Source of the DNA: the human T2T-CHM13v2.0 reference genome, Homo sapiens
Length of the DNA stretch: 64,000 nucleotides
Assembly (NCBI RefSeq): GCF_009914755.1
Contig: NC_060935.1
Reading direction: 5' to 3' (one strand)
Shown: piece after piece, positions 1-25,117 of the stretch
Numbering within the stretch: position 1 is the stretch's first letter
How the letters are laid out: the number at the start of each line of letters is the position of its first letter
Notes under the pieces: generated by a model
Database searches by the model: none
What the model was told of the DNA's origin: nothing
Seen by the model: the letters and a program-made list of their open reading frames with translations, nothing else
Translations under genes and position numbers: made by a program

Positions 1-58
1 TTAAAATACATTGCTTTTCAAAGTTCAAGCTTTTAATCAAATAACAGATTCTACATAC

Positions 59-156
59 TTCTCCTGAAGTTCTGCTGCTGCCAGTCTGTCTGCATCAGGA
101 TCTGTGGCTAGCACTACCCGGGCATTTTCTTTCTCTGCCAGTCTCAAGGAAAGTTC
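59..156 (-). CDS. PGM2L1: PGM2L1 exon 8 (ELSLRLAEKENARVVLATDPDADRLAAAELQE), metal-binding loop; gene continues beyond the window
   Basis: tttcag acceptor, AA|GTATGT donor, 98 nt; DPDADR Mg-binding motif. Confidence 0.96.
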
Positions 157-474
157 CTGAAACAGTGACCCAAAAAGCTGGATTGTACTGAAGAACCTAA
201 GTTCAATGTTAATGTTCCTGTATGTAGGCACAATGTTAGTGATAGGAATTTTAGAAGGCATAGAATTCAGCTACGTTTAAAACAAGAAGCCAAAAGTAGG
301 GACACCCACCATAGACATTTCAAACAAAACACAGCCTATTATTACTCCAATACAATTAAAAGATGTAAACTACAGTCCTTTCTGCTTTTGTAAGTAATCT
401 TTGAATTGTCAATGAGTTCTATCTATTCTGATGGTTTAATAAACTAATAATAATTTAAATATTTAAAAAAATAC

Positions 475-664
475 CAGCACAGATTCTCCTTCTTCAGGAT
501 TTGGACATTTAACGGTAGAAAAGTCTGGATCAGGATCTTTTTGTTCTGGTACTGGAATTGGAGGCTTAAAACCAAACACTTTAAAAGCCAACTGCACATA
601 GTCATGTCCGACCCCATGAAAAGATGTGTGCACAAATTTCAAGGTGGTCTTCGAGTTTAACTCC
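475..664 (-). CDS. PGM2L1: PGM2L1 exon 7 (ELNSKTTLKFVHTSFHGVG...CPNPEEGESVL)
   Basis: ttacag acceptor, CTG|GTAT donor, 190 nt; HGVG and PNPEE motifs; ORF track 463..735. Confidence 0.96.
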
Positions 665-3600
665 CTGTAAAGGAAAATCAACATAAGATCATGATTACAA
701 AACCTCTTACCTTTGATATAATTAAAAACAATCAAATTCTGATTTGAAAATGTGATTAAATGTGATTTAAGCCTTCAGCAGAGGTCTAAGATATTCAAAC
801 AAACAAATCAAGAGTACTAACTTAAAGATCAAGAGTTTTAATTCAACAGCATTCTCCCTTTGTGGCTCAACTTCCTGACCTGGACAGCTGCCTTCCATAT
901 GCTGTGCCAATACCCTGAACAAGCTAAGCTTGTATCATCTAAGTAAATATTATCTCTCACTAGACCATCACAAACACTTCCTAACTGGTCTTTCTCGCTT
1001 GCCAGTAGACCCCTCGTTTCTTCACTTCCAGTTTAGATTGCAAAGTACCTAATTACACTCACCTTCTTATATGTCAGTCTGGCTACTTTGACCCTCCAAT
1101 ACCCCAAATCTTGTTGAACCCAAATGTGTTCCTTTTCCAGGCTTGCACCAAAATAGTTGAATATTGCTAGAATAAATCTCACAAAAGGATTGAACAGCTT
1201 CACTCTGAATGGATACCCAATGCTGCCAGGCAATCCTACTTTGTTACCCAGAAAGCTTACTTTTTTACTCTCCAAGATGGTGACTTAATTAGTACCTTCT
1301 CTTCTCTCCTTATTCCTTTCCTCCCCCTTCACCTCATACATCACTCAGACACAGAGCCATTTGATGGGAACTTCCTAATCGTCCCACACCAAACCGACAA
1401 CCCATATTTTTTCCTTCTTCCATCTGATAATAACGAGGAGGTGTTCTTTGTATCAAAGGTCAACCCCTCTACTTCTGCTCTGGTCCCCATCAATTCTCAC
1501 TTGAGAACTTTAGTACATGGATAATTCTCTCTCGCCGGCATCATTTCCATTAGCATCTAGTCTCTGTTTCTTTGGTCTTTTCCACAGCAAAACTTTGTAC
1601 ATCCTAACCTACCATTTACTAACTATTCCCCATAAAAAATACAATTTATTATAAGATAAATAATAAAAATAAAGTTATGACAATTTTCAAACATATGCAT
1701 AGGAAGACAGAATATCTAACACCATATACCCATTACCTCACTTCAATATGTTTCCATTGTCTGTCAATCTAGTCTCATTTATTCAAGATATATTACTTTA
1801 CATGAAAATGCTTTAGTATTTAGAAACATAACCATATTACCATCATTACATCTAACAAAATCAACAATAATTTCTTTCCTCTAATACCGTATCTGTGTTC
1901 AAATTTTCCCCAAGTGTCTCAAAAATACTTTTAACAGTTGTTTTACTTGAAGCAGGACCTGAACGAGGTTCCATATAATTTGACTGCTATGCCTCTCAAG
2001 TCTCTTTTAATCTGTAAATGTTCCTCCCTTCCTTCCCCAACCCAAATGTCATTTATTGAAGAAACTGGCCCATTTGTCCTGTAGAATTTCCTGTATCTCC
2101 AGTATGTAGACTGCATCCTTTTGGTATTAACATGCTCTTCTATCCTATTTTTTCTGTAAATAGGCAACTGCATTTAGAGGTAACATTAGATTCAGTTTCA
2201 ATTCTTTGGGCAAGAATAGGTGCTGTGTATTTTCTATTGACTCACAGGTGGAAGCACACAATTTCTACTCTACTTTTAATGCTGTCAAACTAAGATTCAC
2301 CAGTGTCAGCCTAATCCTTCCATCAAAATATTTCCCATCAACATTTCACCTATGGGTCTTAGCAGCCCTTGATAAGAATTACTTAGATATATTATTTATT
2401 AGAGGTCACAACATAGTGATTTTGAAAATTCTGTTATTTCTTCTGCATTTATTGTATTTTTCTTTTAAAAATAATGATCCTTCATCAACCATTTGATTAG
2501 CCCTAAAATTCAGTTCATATAGAAAAGGCAGAACAAATTAAGAGAAAGTTTCAAACATTTATTGATTTTCAGAAGGAAAATTTAGAATTTATCAAATTTC
2601 AGCCTGTGTGATTTTCAGTCCAGCAATTCCCAAAGGTGACCAATAAACTGCTTTTTTAGTATTACTAACAGTCATGGGCTTTTTATGTTTAATGTTTTAA
2701 TTCATTGAGGTGATTATTCTTTTTGATGCCCAACTATCCAATATTTGGTCAGTGGGAGTCCCTTCAAGTTGGCTCCCAGATCTTTTTGATATGACCCCAG
2801 TATCTTTGAAAGCTAGCCTGCTTCATGGCAAGGAAAACAAAGTTATCTCAGCCTCATTTAGTACATTTTCTGCCCCACTCCTTGATAAGAATCAATTTCT
2901 CCAATGAGCCCTGGTTCCTTTTACTAGGAAATGGTATTTAGAAACCACAGTCTGGGCTTTAGGGGTAGGCATTGGCCTTTTTAGTAACAGAACTAGTATT
3001 TTGGTATTTTAGGTAAATAAAACATATTTCAAATTCAAATTTAAAATTATAATTTTAAAATTATTTTATTTGATTTTACATTCACTTCTCTTAAACTAAA
3101 ATCTTAGATCCTAGTGACATTAACATAATTACCCATTTGTTTTATCATATATATGTGTATGTCTATATATTTATTTATATCTACATCTGTAAAATCATCA
3201 ATATTACCACTAACAGTACAGCTATCAAATAAAATTTGAGGTTTCTTTGTAGTTCTTTATCCTTAGGACATATCCCACTAGAAATATATAGTCAATAACT
3301 GTAAAGTCACTTGAAATAATTCTTCTCTGTGTAATTATGCCTTCAGCTTGATAAATAGTTAGGTTCACTTGTTAATTTGCTTTTGCCCATATACTCTTTA
3401 AAAAACAAAAATGTAAATAAGAAAAGACAGAAAGGATAAAAAAGGAATCAAATTCTTTTTAGATTGATTAGAGCTGGTAGCATTTAGCTAGTATTACTGT
3501 CACTTATTTTAGACGGAGAAGCAAACAGTTGACAGCTTGATGGGTATACTTTTGAAATTAAAATAAAGTTGAGAAAAAGCTAAAATTATTTTGTAGGATA

Positions 3601-3836
3601 GGAAAAATACACTCAGCTAGCCAGGATTCTTCCTAGCAATAGTGTTAGCTATTTACAGAAGAGTTACAGAGATAATTATGGAAATATGGAAATGGTTAAG
3701 GAAAAATAAACTCTTAAGAGAAATGTACTGATCTAACATAGAGGAAATACATATATTTAAGTATAACTTGTTTAACAGCTTTTTTGAGATATAATTCACA
3801 TACCATATAATTCACCCATTTAAAGTGTGCAATTCA

Positions 3837-4305
<469 letters not shown>

Positions 4306-4705
4306 TCATTCCTTCCAGCCACAAGAAACCTCTAATCTATTTCTGTCTCTATAGATTTGCCTATTCTACATATGTCATATAAATGGAATCATACAATATG
4401 TGGTTCTTTGTGACTGGCTTCTTTCACTTAGCATGATGTTTTCAAGGTTTATCCATGTTGTGGTATGTAAGTAGTTCATTTATTTTTATTGCTGAATAAT
4501 ATTTCATTGTATGGATATACCACATTTTACTTATCCATTCATTAGTTAATGGTTACTTGGGTTATTTCCACTCTTTGACTCTTATGAGTACTATTTAGCT
4601 ATAATTTTAATCTAATAAATAGACAACACTTTTTATCACTTTTTATTCTCCTCATTCTTTAACGTTATTCTGAAGTAGTATTATCTGATATTCTCACTTG
4701 GATAC

Positions 4706-4899
4706 CTGTAAAAACAGATCTTTTTCAGATCTTCCATGTATCTCCTGCAAATGTCCTGCAGAGGGTCTCTCTTCAGCGGGCTGGTATCCACTAAATTATC
4801 ATTCCAGGAACCATTCCAGGGTTCCACACATTCTTCTATACATTTTAGAATTTCTTTATCATGAGGAGATGTGATCTGAGCACCAGTTTCCCAGTAAAC
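4706..4899 (-). CDS. PGM2L1: PGM2L1 exon 6 (VYWETGAQITSPHDKEILKCIEECVEPWNGSWNDNLVDTSPLKRDPLQDICRRYMEDLKKICFYR)
   Basis: ctag acceptor, AG|GTATC donor, 194 nt open reading, phase 0/2. Confidence 0.95.
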
Positions 4900-5003
4900 C
4901 TAGATGATAAGTAAATATAACCATAATTACTTAAAATGCTTGCCAGATCTTTTCTTGTCTATAGTTGAGATCTTCAGCTTTATTAAAAAGCATATCAAAT
5001 TGA

Positions 5004-5323
<320 letters not shown>

Positions 5324-6499
5324 TCAAATTGATCAAATAAAAAATGTCAACATAGGAGGACTAATTTAATAAATATTAAAAGATATAGATAGTAATGACT
5401 CTACAGGGACTCTTCAATCAAATGATTATATATGATTTTCTTTTAGAAGTATACCTTAATAACAATATGAGTAAAATACAAGCAGGGCTAATTATTATGA
5501 TAACATTATAATATGCATATGCCATAGTATCCAATTATACTCTTAAACCTATAACTATCTACTAAAGATAATCCAAGAAACCACAGACTATTCCCTAAAA
5601 CTTGATACTATTTAACTTAACATTATAAAGTAGTTATGTGATATAGAAAAAAGTCATCTTTCTATTATAAAGTAGAATTTATATCATACCAAATATAGTT
5701 TATTAACAATTAATGTGTTAATTATCCATATAAATTTCAATGAGCTTTCAGTTTGTCAAGTAGCCTGATCAATAAGACATTAGGAACAGTTACCAAAAAA
5801 GCATGAAAATGTAATTCTATTAATTTATAGGATTTCAAATTTGGAAGGTTAGAGAATATCTATGGTGACTTCTACCATGCATATGACACAAATCCCCTCT
5901 ATTGCATCCTGAATGAAGGAAAGAAGAATACATTTGAATCTGTGCTATGTACTAATCTCTATGCAAAGAATATGGTTAACCAGATGACCTAAAAACCTGT
6001 TCTCTATAAACACCTCAAAATGCTACATAAAACAGAAAAAACATTATCTTAAATGCACAGCATAATTCACAAGAGGAAAGGGACGACTCCAGGCAGTGGG
6101 AAAAAAATAATTAAAAAGCAGAATGATAAGCCTGTGGGACTGATATTGTGGTTACCTGGGGTTTGAGAACTGTCCATTTATCTGGTTCTTGGATTGTAAT
6201 GCCCATGTGCAAGGTAGGGAGTTGGAACTGAGACCCCCAAATAAAAATGGCATCCTTGAAGCATTTCACTCTCAGTGAAAATGCAGAATAGAAAAAGTCC
6301 TGCCCACTATTACAGAGATCATGAGGAAGCATGTCTCTTCTTGAGTTCTGGGTAATTAAAAAAATTTTCAAATCCAAGGTCTGCACTTCAGTTATTTTAG
6401 GATGAGAAACAATAAATTAACACAGAAACTGCCCCCAGTCAGTGAAATCCTTGAGGTTCTAGCAGAATTTTTAAAACAAACAAAAAACCCAGAATGTTT

Positions 6500-7283
6500 T
6501 TTTTGTGTGTGTGTGTGTTGTATTGAATATTTTAATATCCTAACAGAAAGCAGATTTACAATATCTTTGTAGTGTTTGGACAACTTAATTTAGTTAATTA
6601 CAATTTGAATGTTAAAATTTCGACTGATCTTTTCTCTCAGATAATTTAAATGTAAATTTTTTTTTTTTAAGTATTTATTGATCATTCTTGGGTGTTTCTC
6701 GGAGAGGGGGATTTGGCAGGGTCATAGGACAATAGTGGAGGGAAGGTCAGCAGATAAACATGTGAACAAGGGTCTCTGGTTTTCCTAGGCAGAGGACCCT
6801 GCGGCCTTCCGCAGTGTTTGTGTCCCTGGGTACTTGAGATTAGGGAGTGGTGATGACTCTTAAGGAGCATGCTGCCTTCAAGCATCTGTTTAACAAAGCA
6901 CATCTTGCACCGCCCTTAATCCATTTAACCCTGAGTGGACACAGCACATGTTTCAGAGAGCAAGGGGCTGGGGGTAAGGCCATAGATTCACAGCATCCCA
7001 AGGCAGAAGAATTTTTCTTAGTACAGAACAAAATGGAGTCTCCCGTCTACTTCTTTCTACACAGACACAGCAACAATCTGATTTCTCTTTCCTTTCCCCA
7101 CACTTCCCCCACTTCCACTAGACAAAACCGCCATCGTCATCATGGCCCGTTCTCAATGAGCTGCTGGGTACACCTCCCAGACGGGGTGGTGGCCGGGCAG
7201 ACGGGCCCCCCACCTCCCAGAGGGGGCGGCCGGGCAGAGGCGCCCCCCACCTCCCGGACGGGGTGGCTGCCGGGCGGGGGCTG
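6500..7283 (-). mobile_element. 5'-truncated SVA (VNTR fragment + SINE-R + polyA) with about 150 bp 3' transduction
   Basis: SINE-R (HERV-K LTR-derived) sequence 6669-7150, GC-rich VNTR units 7160-7283, poly(T) 6657-6668, TSD aaaacccagaatgttt at 6484-6499 and 7284-7299. Confidence 0.93.
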
Positions 7284-7778
7284 AAAACCCAGAATGTTTA
7301 AAACAAACAAAACTGTTCTGGAGGGATGCTCCCACATTTCAAGCCACAAAAAAGATTCTCTCCATAAGTCCTGAAAGCTCACGTGAAAATTTATAAAACA
7401 TAAGAAAAAAAATCCTATTCTTTCTCTCTGTCCCCTTCTCCTTGCCTTGTCTGTGGATGTGATGCCTGGAGGTACAGCAACCACCATGTGATGACCATGC
7501 TTGAGGGTAAGGCCAGAAAAACTGCAGAGACACAAAGCCTGACATCATGGAGTGACAGAACCATGCCTGTGGCCACCTACCTCTGGACATTTTGTTACGT
7601 GAGAAAAATGAACTCCTATCAGCTTAAGCCACTTTTGTTGGTTTTACTTAATCTGCACCAGAAAGCATTCCTATCTGATATAGTAACATAAAAATTCATG
7701 CAACAAAATATGTCCAGGAATAAATGTTAAAAAATGTGTGAAAAATCTAGTTTAAAAAAACTTTTAGGTCAGCTTACT

Positions 7779-9835
<2,057 letters not shown>

Positions 9836-9839
9836 AAAA

Positions 9840-12420
<2,581 letters not shown>

Positions 12421-12819
12421 CTAGTAATCATATTAAAAAATACATAGATGAAATTAATTTTATGAATAAAGCATATATATTCATGCATATATTCATATCA
12501 TTCATATGTGTATATATTCATGCCATTCATACATATGTATATCTGCTTCATTCATCTTTAAAAATCTATATAGATGAATCATAATTTATGTAATCAATCC
12601 TTTATTGATGAACATTTCCTTTGCTTCTGATCATCTGCTATGTATAAACAGTGCCACAATAAACATTCTTCTACATTCATTTTCTTTTTTTTTTCTTTTT
12701 TGAAACAGAGTTTCACTCTGTAGCCCAGGCTGGAGTGCAGTGGTGTGATCACGGCTCACTGCACTCTCTGACAGAGGAGCCCTCTCTACTTCTGAGCTTC
12801 TCCAAAAAATACAATGTCA

Positions 12820-13000
12820 CATATACAAATATATACACATACACACACACACACATACATATTTTTTTCTTAATATACAAGCACAAGGTTAAAATACACA
12901 TATTGACTATATATACACATGTATGTGTATATATGTACATCTATATGTGTGTATATATACACGTACATACATATATATATATATACACATACATACACAT
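12820..13000. repeat. (CA/TA)n compound simple repeat
   Basis: Alternating purine-pyrimidine tract. Confidence 0.85.
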
Positions 13001-13429
13001 AGAATGAGAAGAAGGGAAGGGAGAGGGAGAAAGAAAAAGACAGTCTGTAAGACATATTGTTGTGTGAAATCAGCAAGGCACAGAACACTATTATATAGTA
13101 CCCTACCATTTATGGAGAAAAAGATGGAGAAGTGACAAACACGTATATATTTATATATGTGTGGACTATCCCTGAACAGAAATGAAAACTGGAAACAGTA
13201 TTTGCTTCTGAGAAACTGTACTAGGGGACAGAGATGGGACAGATACTTTCTACTGTTTCACTTTTTAACCTTGTGCTTACATATTAAGGAAAAAATATCT
13301 TTGAGGGTCCACTATGTGCCAAATATGTTCAACAGCAATGAATATCAAGGCAGACTAAGTCTCTCTACCTACGAACTTACATTTAGGGGATGGGGGTGAG
13401 AAGGGTCAAATAAATAAGATAACTCATCA

Positions 13430-13771
<342 letters not shown>

Positions 13772-13825
13772 CTATAGCCCCAGCTACTCAAGAGGCTGAG
13801 GCTGGAGAATTCCTTGAGTTCAGGA

Positions 13826-19781
<5,956 letters not shown>

Positions 19782-19889
19782 AGAATCCCTTGAGTTCAGG
19801 AGTTTGAGGCTACAGTGATCATACCACTGTACTCCAGCCTGGGCAACAGAGTGAGACCCCATCTCTTAAAAAAAAAAAAGGAAGAAGCA

Positions 19890-21290
19890 GCGATAAGTTC
19901 TGTGAAAGAAATAAGATGGCAAGAAAGAGTCACTGATGGAAGCCATTTTAGATAAGGTAGCCAGGGAAGATCCTTCAAGGAAGCACTATCTGAGTAGGAA
20001 CCCAAAGGATAAAAATAAGCAAGTTGGCAAGATTTGGGGAAGAGCAATCCAAGCAGACGACAAAACAATTATAAAGTCTCAGAGGTGGGAAAGGGCTTGC
20101 TATGTTGGAGGAGCTGGAGAACAGAAGGGAGCAGTGGTATGACTGGAATGCAGTGAGCGCAGGAAGGGAAGGAATGAAGAAACAGGCATGAGGCAGATTA
20201 TGCAGACTTATAAGCTCCAAGGCAAGGGGGTTGGGTTTTATCAAAAGAATAAGAAGCCACTGAAGAACTTTAAGCAGGAAAGTTCATATTCTAAGAGATC
20301 ATCTGTCTGCTTTGTGGAGAATGGATTGCAGGGAGAACAATGGAAGCAGGGAAGAGACCAATTAGGATGCTTAGGTTCAGATAGAAGACAACAATGGTTT
20401 AGAATGATGATTGGTAGAGGATATGGGCAGAGGTAAGTGTATTCAACTTCTATTTTAGACATAGCATCTGTAGAACCCGTTAGTAGATAAAATGTTAGGG
20501 AAAGGAAGTAATAAAAAATGATCCTTGGTTTTTGTTTGGGTGGGTGGTAATGTTAATTTACAGAGATAACAGACTGAAGGAGGACCACTCTTAGGTGTAT
20601 ATGTTGTGGGGGAATCAAGAACTCTGTTCTAGAGACACTAATTTTGAGGTGTCTGTTAGACATCCCAATGTATCAAGTAGGCAGTTGGCTATGTAGTCAG
20701 ATGATCAGAGAAGAGATGTGGGTTCTTGGCTTTCTTTGACAGTGAACCTATAATTCTTTGCACTCTTTTATCTCTTTGGTTTTTATGACACCAATCTCGT
20801 TTAGTCTTTCAAAAGAAGACAACAATGGTTTAGAATGGTGATGGTAGAGGATATGATATGGGCAGAGGTAAACATATTCAACCTCTATTTTAGACATAGA
20901 ATTTGTAGAAGACTCTCCTAACTCCAGCTTCTCTTCTTCCCTTCCTTTAAAGTTGATATTCCCTAGGGATCCATTCTTGACCTTTTTCCTTTCTGCTCTA
21001 TACTCTCTCTGGGCTACTCATGCAAGTAAAGGATGTCCAAATAATCTTATATGCTCTAACATGTGTGGTGACCCACAACTCTATAACTTAAGTCCACATT
21101 TCTCCCCTGAGCTACAAGTCTATATATCCAACTACCTATAGGACATTGCTACCTGGTTGACCCAAACACCTTGAACTTAATATGTCCCAAACTGAATTAA
21201 TCACGCTTCTTCTCTGTCCCTATGAATGGTAACACTATTCTTCACTTAGCTGACCAGGGCCAAAATCTTACATTAGCATTTAAATCTTTC
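19890..21290. mobile_element. L2 fragments in both orientations
   Basis: Typical L2 3' sequences (aagccactgaagaactttaagcagg; tccaactacctataggacatt...aacttaatatgtcccaaactgaa). Confidence 0.65.
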
Positions 21291-21898
21291 TGCCAGTAAG
21301 ACAGAGCTCGGTATGTCTGCAGTCCTCCAACATAAGAAGAAAAACAAATACAAGAACACAGGCTTATGACCCACCCAGAAGCCCCAAATCGTGGTTCAAT
21401 ACTGTGCTGCATTCTTCTATTTCCCCTCCAGAGCCACTTTTCACCCTTCTCCATTCTGCTTTCTGTCACAGAGGCTGACCCATCAAGTGGAATCCTGTGG
21501 CCAAGAAGCAGCTCCGGCAGAAAGTCAGAGAGAGAGGAGAGTGAGGATAAGGTACCATTCCTCTGGTTCTGTTGTTGAAAACTCCGATTCATTTTTCAAG
21601 TACTTGCTGCAATGTGACTTTATGAAACGGTAGAGAGGATGGATTTAGGAAGGGATAGAGAAATCAAGGACAATTAGGAATAAAAGAACTAAAGAAGACA
21701 TTTTTGTAATTGTACACATTGAGAAGTAATAAATACCATTAGGGATACACATTCTTTGAGGACCAGCCTCAGTGTTTTTAACTTTCTGTTCCCAATGTCT
21801 AGCTCTGCTCTCCAGTATAGAAAACATACTCAACACATATTATTTGAATAAAAAAGATGAACTATAAGATAAGCAAAGGTCAGGAGTCCAAGGTTTAC

Positions 21899-21982
21899 CT
21901 TGTATCCATTGTCTTCCTTGCGGTTGTGAGAGGCAGTAATCATCACACCTGCAACTGCTTTGAGCTTCTGAACTGCATATGG
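21899..21982 (-). CDS. PGM2L1: PGM2L1 exon 5 ([28 protein letters not shown]), contains the catalytic phosphoserine loop
   Basis: ttttcag acceptor, AAG|GTAAAC donor, 84 nt; ITASHN...NGYK active-site signature of alpha-D-phosphohexomutases. Confidence 0.96.
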
Positions 21983-22351
21983 CTGAAAAATAAATAACAC
22001 CATAATTCCATTTTGCTTCCTAGCTATTTACACATTTGACATGAGAATAATTTTGATTAAATAACAGGAAAAGCATTATAGTATGATATTGCTTTTGTTG
22101 ATACCCTCTTTATTTTCTATTTACTTGATTTTTCCTCATACCTTTATTATAAGATTTCCTTCCTTTTACTTTTTTGGATTTCTTCTGTTTTAGCACAAAC
22201 ATGTTAAGTGAAAGCCAACTTATTATTTTAAAATCTTTTTTTTCCTTATATATTCATTAAGGCTATACATTTCCCTCTAGGTAGGGCTTTAGTTATATCC
22301 CATAATTTTTGCTATGTATTATTTTCATTATTGCTCACTTTTAAATACCTA

Positions 22352-23743
22352 CAGGCAGTCCTTGCTTTGCTCAGTTCCTATACACAAAATTACTGATACT
22401 ATGCTTTTGTTAAAATAGCTCCAGTCTCCCAACAACACGTTCAAATTTCAGTTACCACGGTAATATTAACCATAACTGCATCAAGTACACACTTGGCTTC
22501 TAACTCTTCAGTCCACACATCCCTACATTTATAACACAGCCACATCATGATGAGTGATCAATCATATCACTCTTCAAAAGGGTGTCAGTGATTGGTCACT
22601 GAGCATCTGTTACTTAGCGCTCACACAAACTGCAAAACATGTGGCTCTATTGCCTCCTTTTCTCCCAATAATAGACCCACATGACAGTGTACAAAAATGG
22701 ATAATGGAAAGTGGGAATTGGCCAAGAAAGGTGAAAGTGCAGCAAAGAAACAAAAAGGAGTAATAATAGAGAGAAATTTGAATTAAACATAAATGGAGTT
22801 ATAGAAAAAATAAGTGGGAATGCTGACACTGCTGCCATTCAAGAGACTTTAGACATACTACCAGGGAAGTGTAGTGAAGGGGAACACATGGATTAAACGA
22901 GGAACGAGGCTGTAATGAGAAGGATGAAGATGTCCCAGAGGAAGTGACACCAACAAAAAAAACCTTCATATTAAAGGAACTCCCAGAGATATTTCACGAC
23001 ATTGAAATTAACAAAGGATAAGATGCTGGAAGTGAATCCAAACTCAGAAAGGTATATTAACAATTTGCCAAGGCACAGAAAAGATGCTTGCTTGTAATAT
23101 AAATAAATTATAACCACAAGAAGCAAGCTCTGTTTATCTCCTGATAAGTTTTATTAATTTATTTATTTATTGACATGGAGTCTTGCTCTGCTGTCCAGGC
23201 TGGAGTTCAGCGGCACAATCTCAGCTCACTGCAATCTCTGCCTCTCAGGTTCAAGCAACTCTCGTGCCCCTGCCTCCTGAGTAGCTGGGATTACAGGCGT
23301 GCACCACCACACCTGGCTAATTTTTGTATTTTTAGTAGAGATGGGGTTTCGTTGTGTTGGTCAGGCTGGTCTCAAACTCCTGACCTCAGGTGATCCACAC
23401 ACCTTGGCCTCCCAAAGTGCTGGGATTACAGGCATGAGACATTGCCCCTGGCCTCCTGATAAGTTCTTTTTACAAAGAAATAAAGTACTTTAGTTATCAA
23501 TGTTTCTTAACGTTTTAAATTACAATGTACTAAATAAACATTCATTTTATCATTGTTTTTTCTTTTCCCTATACATTTTTAACCAAGAGTAAGAGTGTTT
23601 TTAATGTTTTGGCAAAAAAAAATGTTAAAGGTCATGGAACAGTCATAATTTTTCTCATTTATGATTAAGATCATTTGGCATGGTTTTGGCTTGTACAGCT
23701 GTCTTTATAGCCCCCACGCTCCGTGCAAAGCAAGGACTGTCTG
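22352..23743. mobile_element. Tigger-class DNA transposon (Tigger6-like), interrupted by a minus-strand Alu at about 23150-23451
   Basis: TIRs caggcagtccttgctttgc (22352) and gcaaagcaaggactgtctg (ending 23743), preceded by TA. Confidence 0.75.
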
Positions 23744-24308
23744 TCATTGCTAATCTGCATTATGTTATCTTCCTTAATCCATGAATAGTTTATGAATGTG
23801 TTTTAAAAATTCCAAACAGGGGAAGATTTATGGGCTTTTTTATTTCTGATTTTATTGCATGGAATCCAGGTATATGGCTTGATAAGCAGTTCTTTGGCAT
23901 TTGCTGAGACTGTGATTCTGCTTAATAATAATGTAAATCCTATTGTCACTCAATAGAGAATTTTTACACACATACACACACACACACCCAGATCAAGCCT
24001 GTTAACAATGTGTTCAAATCTATCCTTCATCATTTTTGTCTGCCCAATGAATCAATTTCTGAAAGAAGATGTTAACATATTTCACTATAACTGTAGACTT
24101 GTCAACTTTTATAGATCAAGTTCTTAGCTAAGTTTAACAAATGTCTGTTGAATGAAAATAAACTCAAAGCAAAATTTGTTTTCCTTCCATTGGTCCCTTA
24201 TATTACTCAATACAGAACTACATGCACAAAAAATATTTGAATCCTAGTTGATTTAAGAAATGTTTTCAAGAGCAGCAAGCTATATGATCACCAACACAAC
24301 ACACTTAC

Positions 24309-24393
24309 TACAAAAGGTGTAGGAACATATCTTGAAAAAAGGTACACAGGAACATCTTTGGCCAGCAAGACTGCAGCAGTGAGTTTAGCAAGC
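24309..24393 (-). CDS. PGM2L1: PGM2L1 exon 4 (LAKLTAAVLLAKDVPVYLFSRYVPTPFV)
   Basis: ttttag acceptor, GTA|GTAAGT donor, 85 nt restores phase 0; PTP motif. Confidence 0.95.
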
Positions 24394-25117
24394 CTAAAAA
24401 AAGAGAGATTTAACTTAGTCCTTTGCCTACCATACTTTTTAAAAACCAACCTTCCACATAAATGTTTCATATTATAATTAGTCTGAATAAATAGTATCCT
24501 AATATAGCCCTTTCTTATAATCACTGATTATTTAAACTTCATGCCCTAATTGGAAAATTTTAAATAAATAAGTTTTTTTAAAAGAAGAGTTTAACAACTA
24601 ACATAATTGATATTTCAATTTCCTCTTTTTCCCTCATTCATCTTTTGATGGCTCTTTTACTAAGAAATAAAATCTGCAAAAGGCAAAAAGAATGGAAAAA
24701 GTGATATAAGAGACTTTGATAAACTCAATATGCATTATTACCCCTGAAGAAAGATATCACTACATGATTATCTATTTATAAAAACACCCTAAAACTAATC
24801 TAATAGGCATATAATGAGAATATAAGCTACATAATTACTACTACCCGGTGCCTTTGCCAAAATATTAAAGTTATAAGCTATGATGTCATTCTAAATATGA
24901 ACTCTAAATATTTTAAATTTTTACTTCTTTCTGTAAAATCTAAAGCTTTTCTTTGAGATACTTTTTCTTCTATTTCAGCTTTAAAGTAAATATTAGCATG
25001 TGATCACATTTCTATCTGACAGTCTACTGTTTCAGAAATCCTACTACTAGACAAAAAAATGTTTTAAATATGTTTTATTCTATTTCAACTTAATCTTTGA
25101 AACAATTAACTTTGTAC

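Noticed and set aside
24306-24311. Tandem GTA|GTA donor at exon 4 (possible 3-nt alternative splicing)
   Set aside because: The upstream alternative (TTT|GTAGTA) is a much poorer U1 match than GTA|GTAAGT, and I have no transcript evidence.
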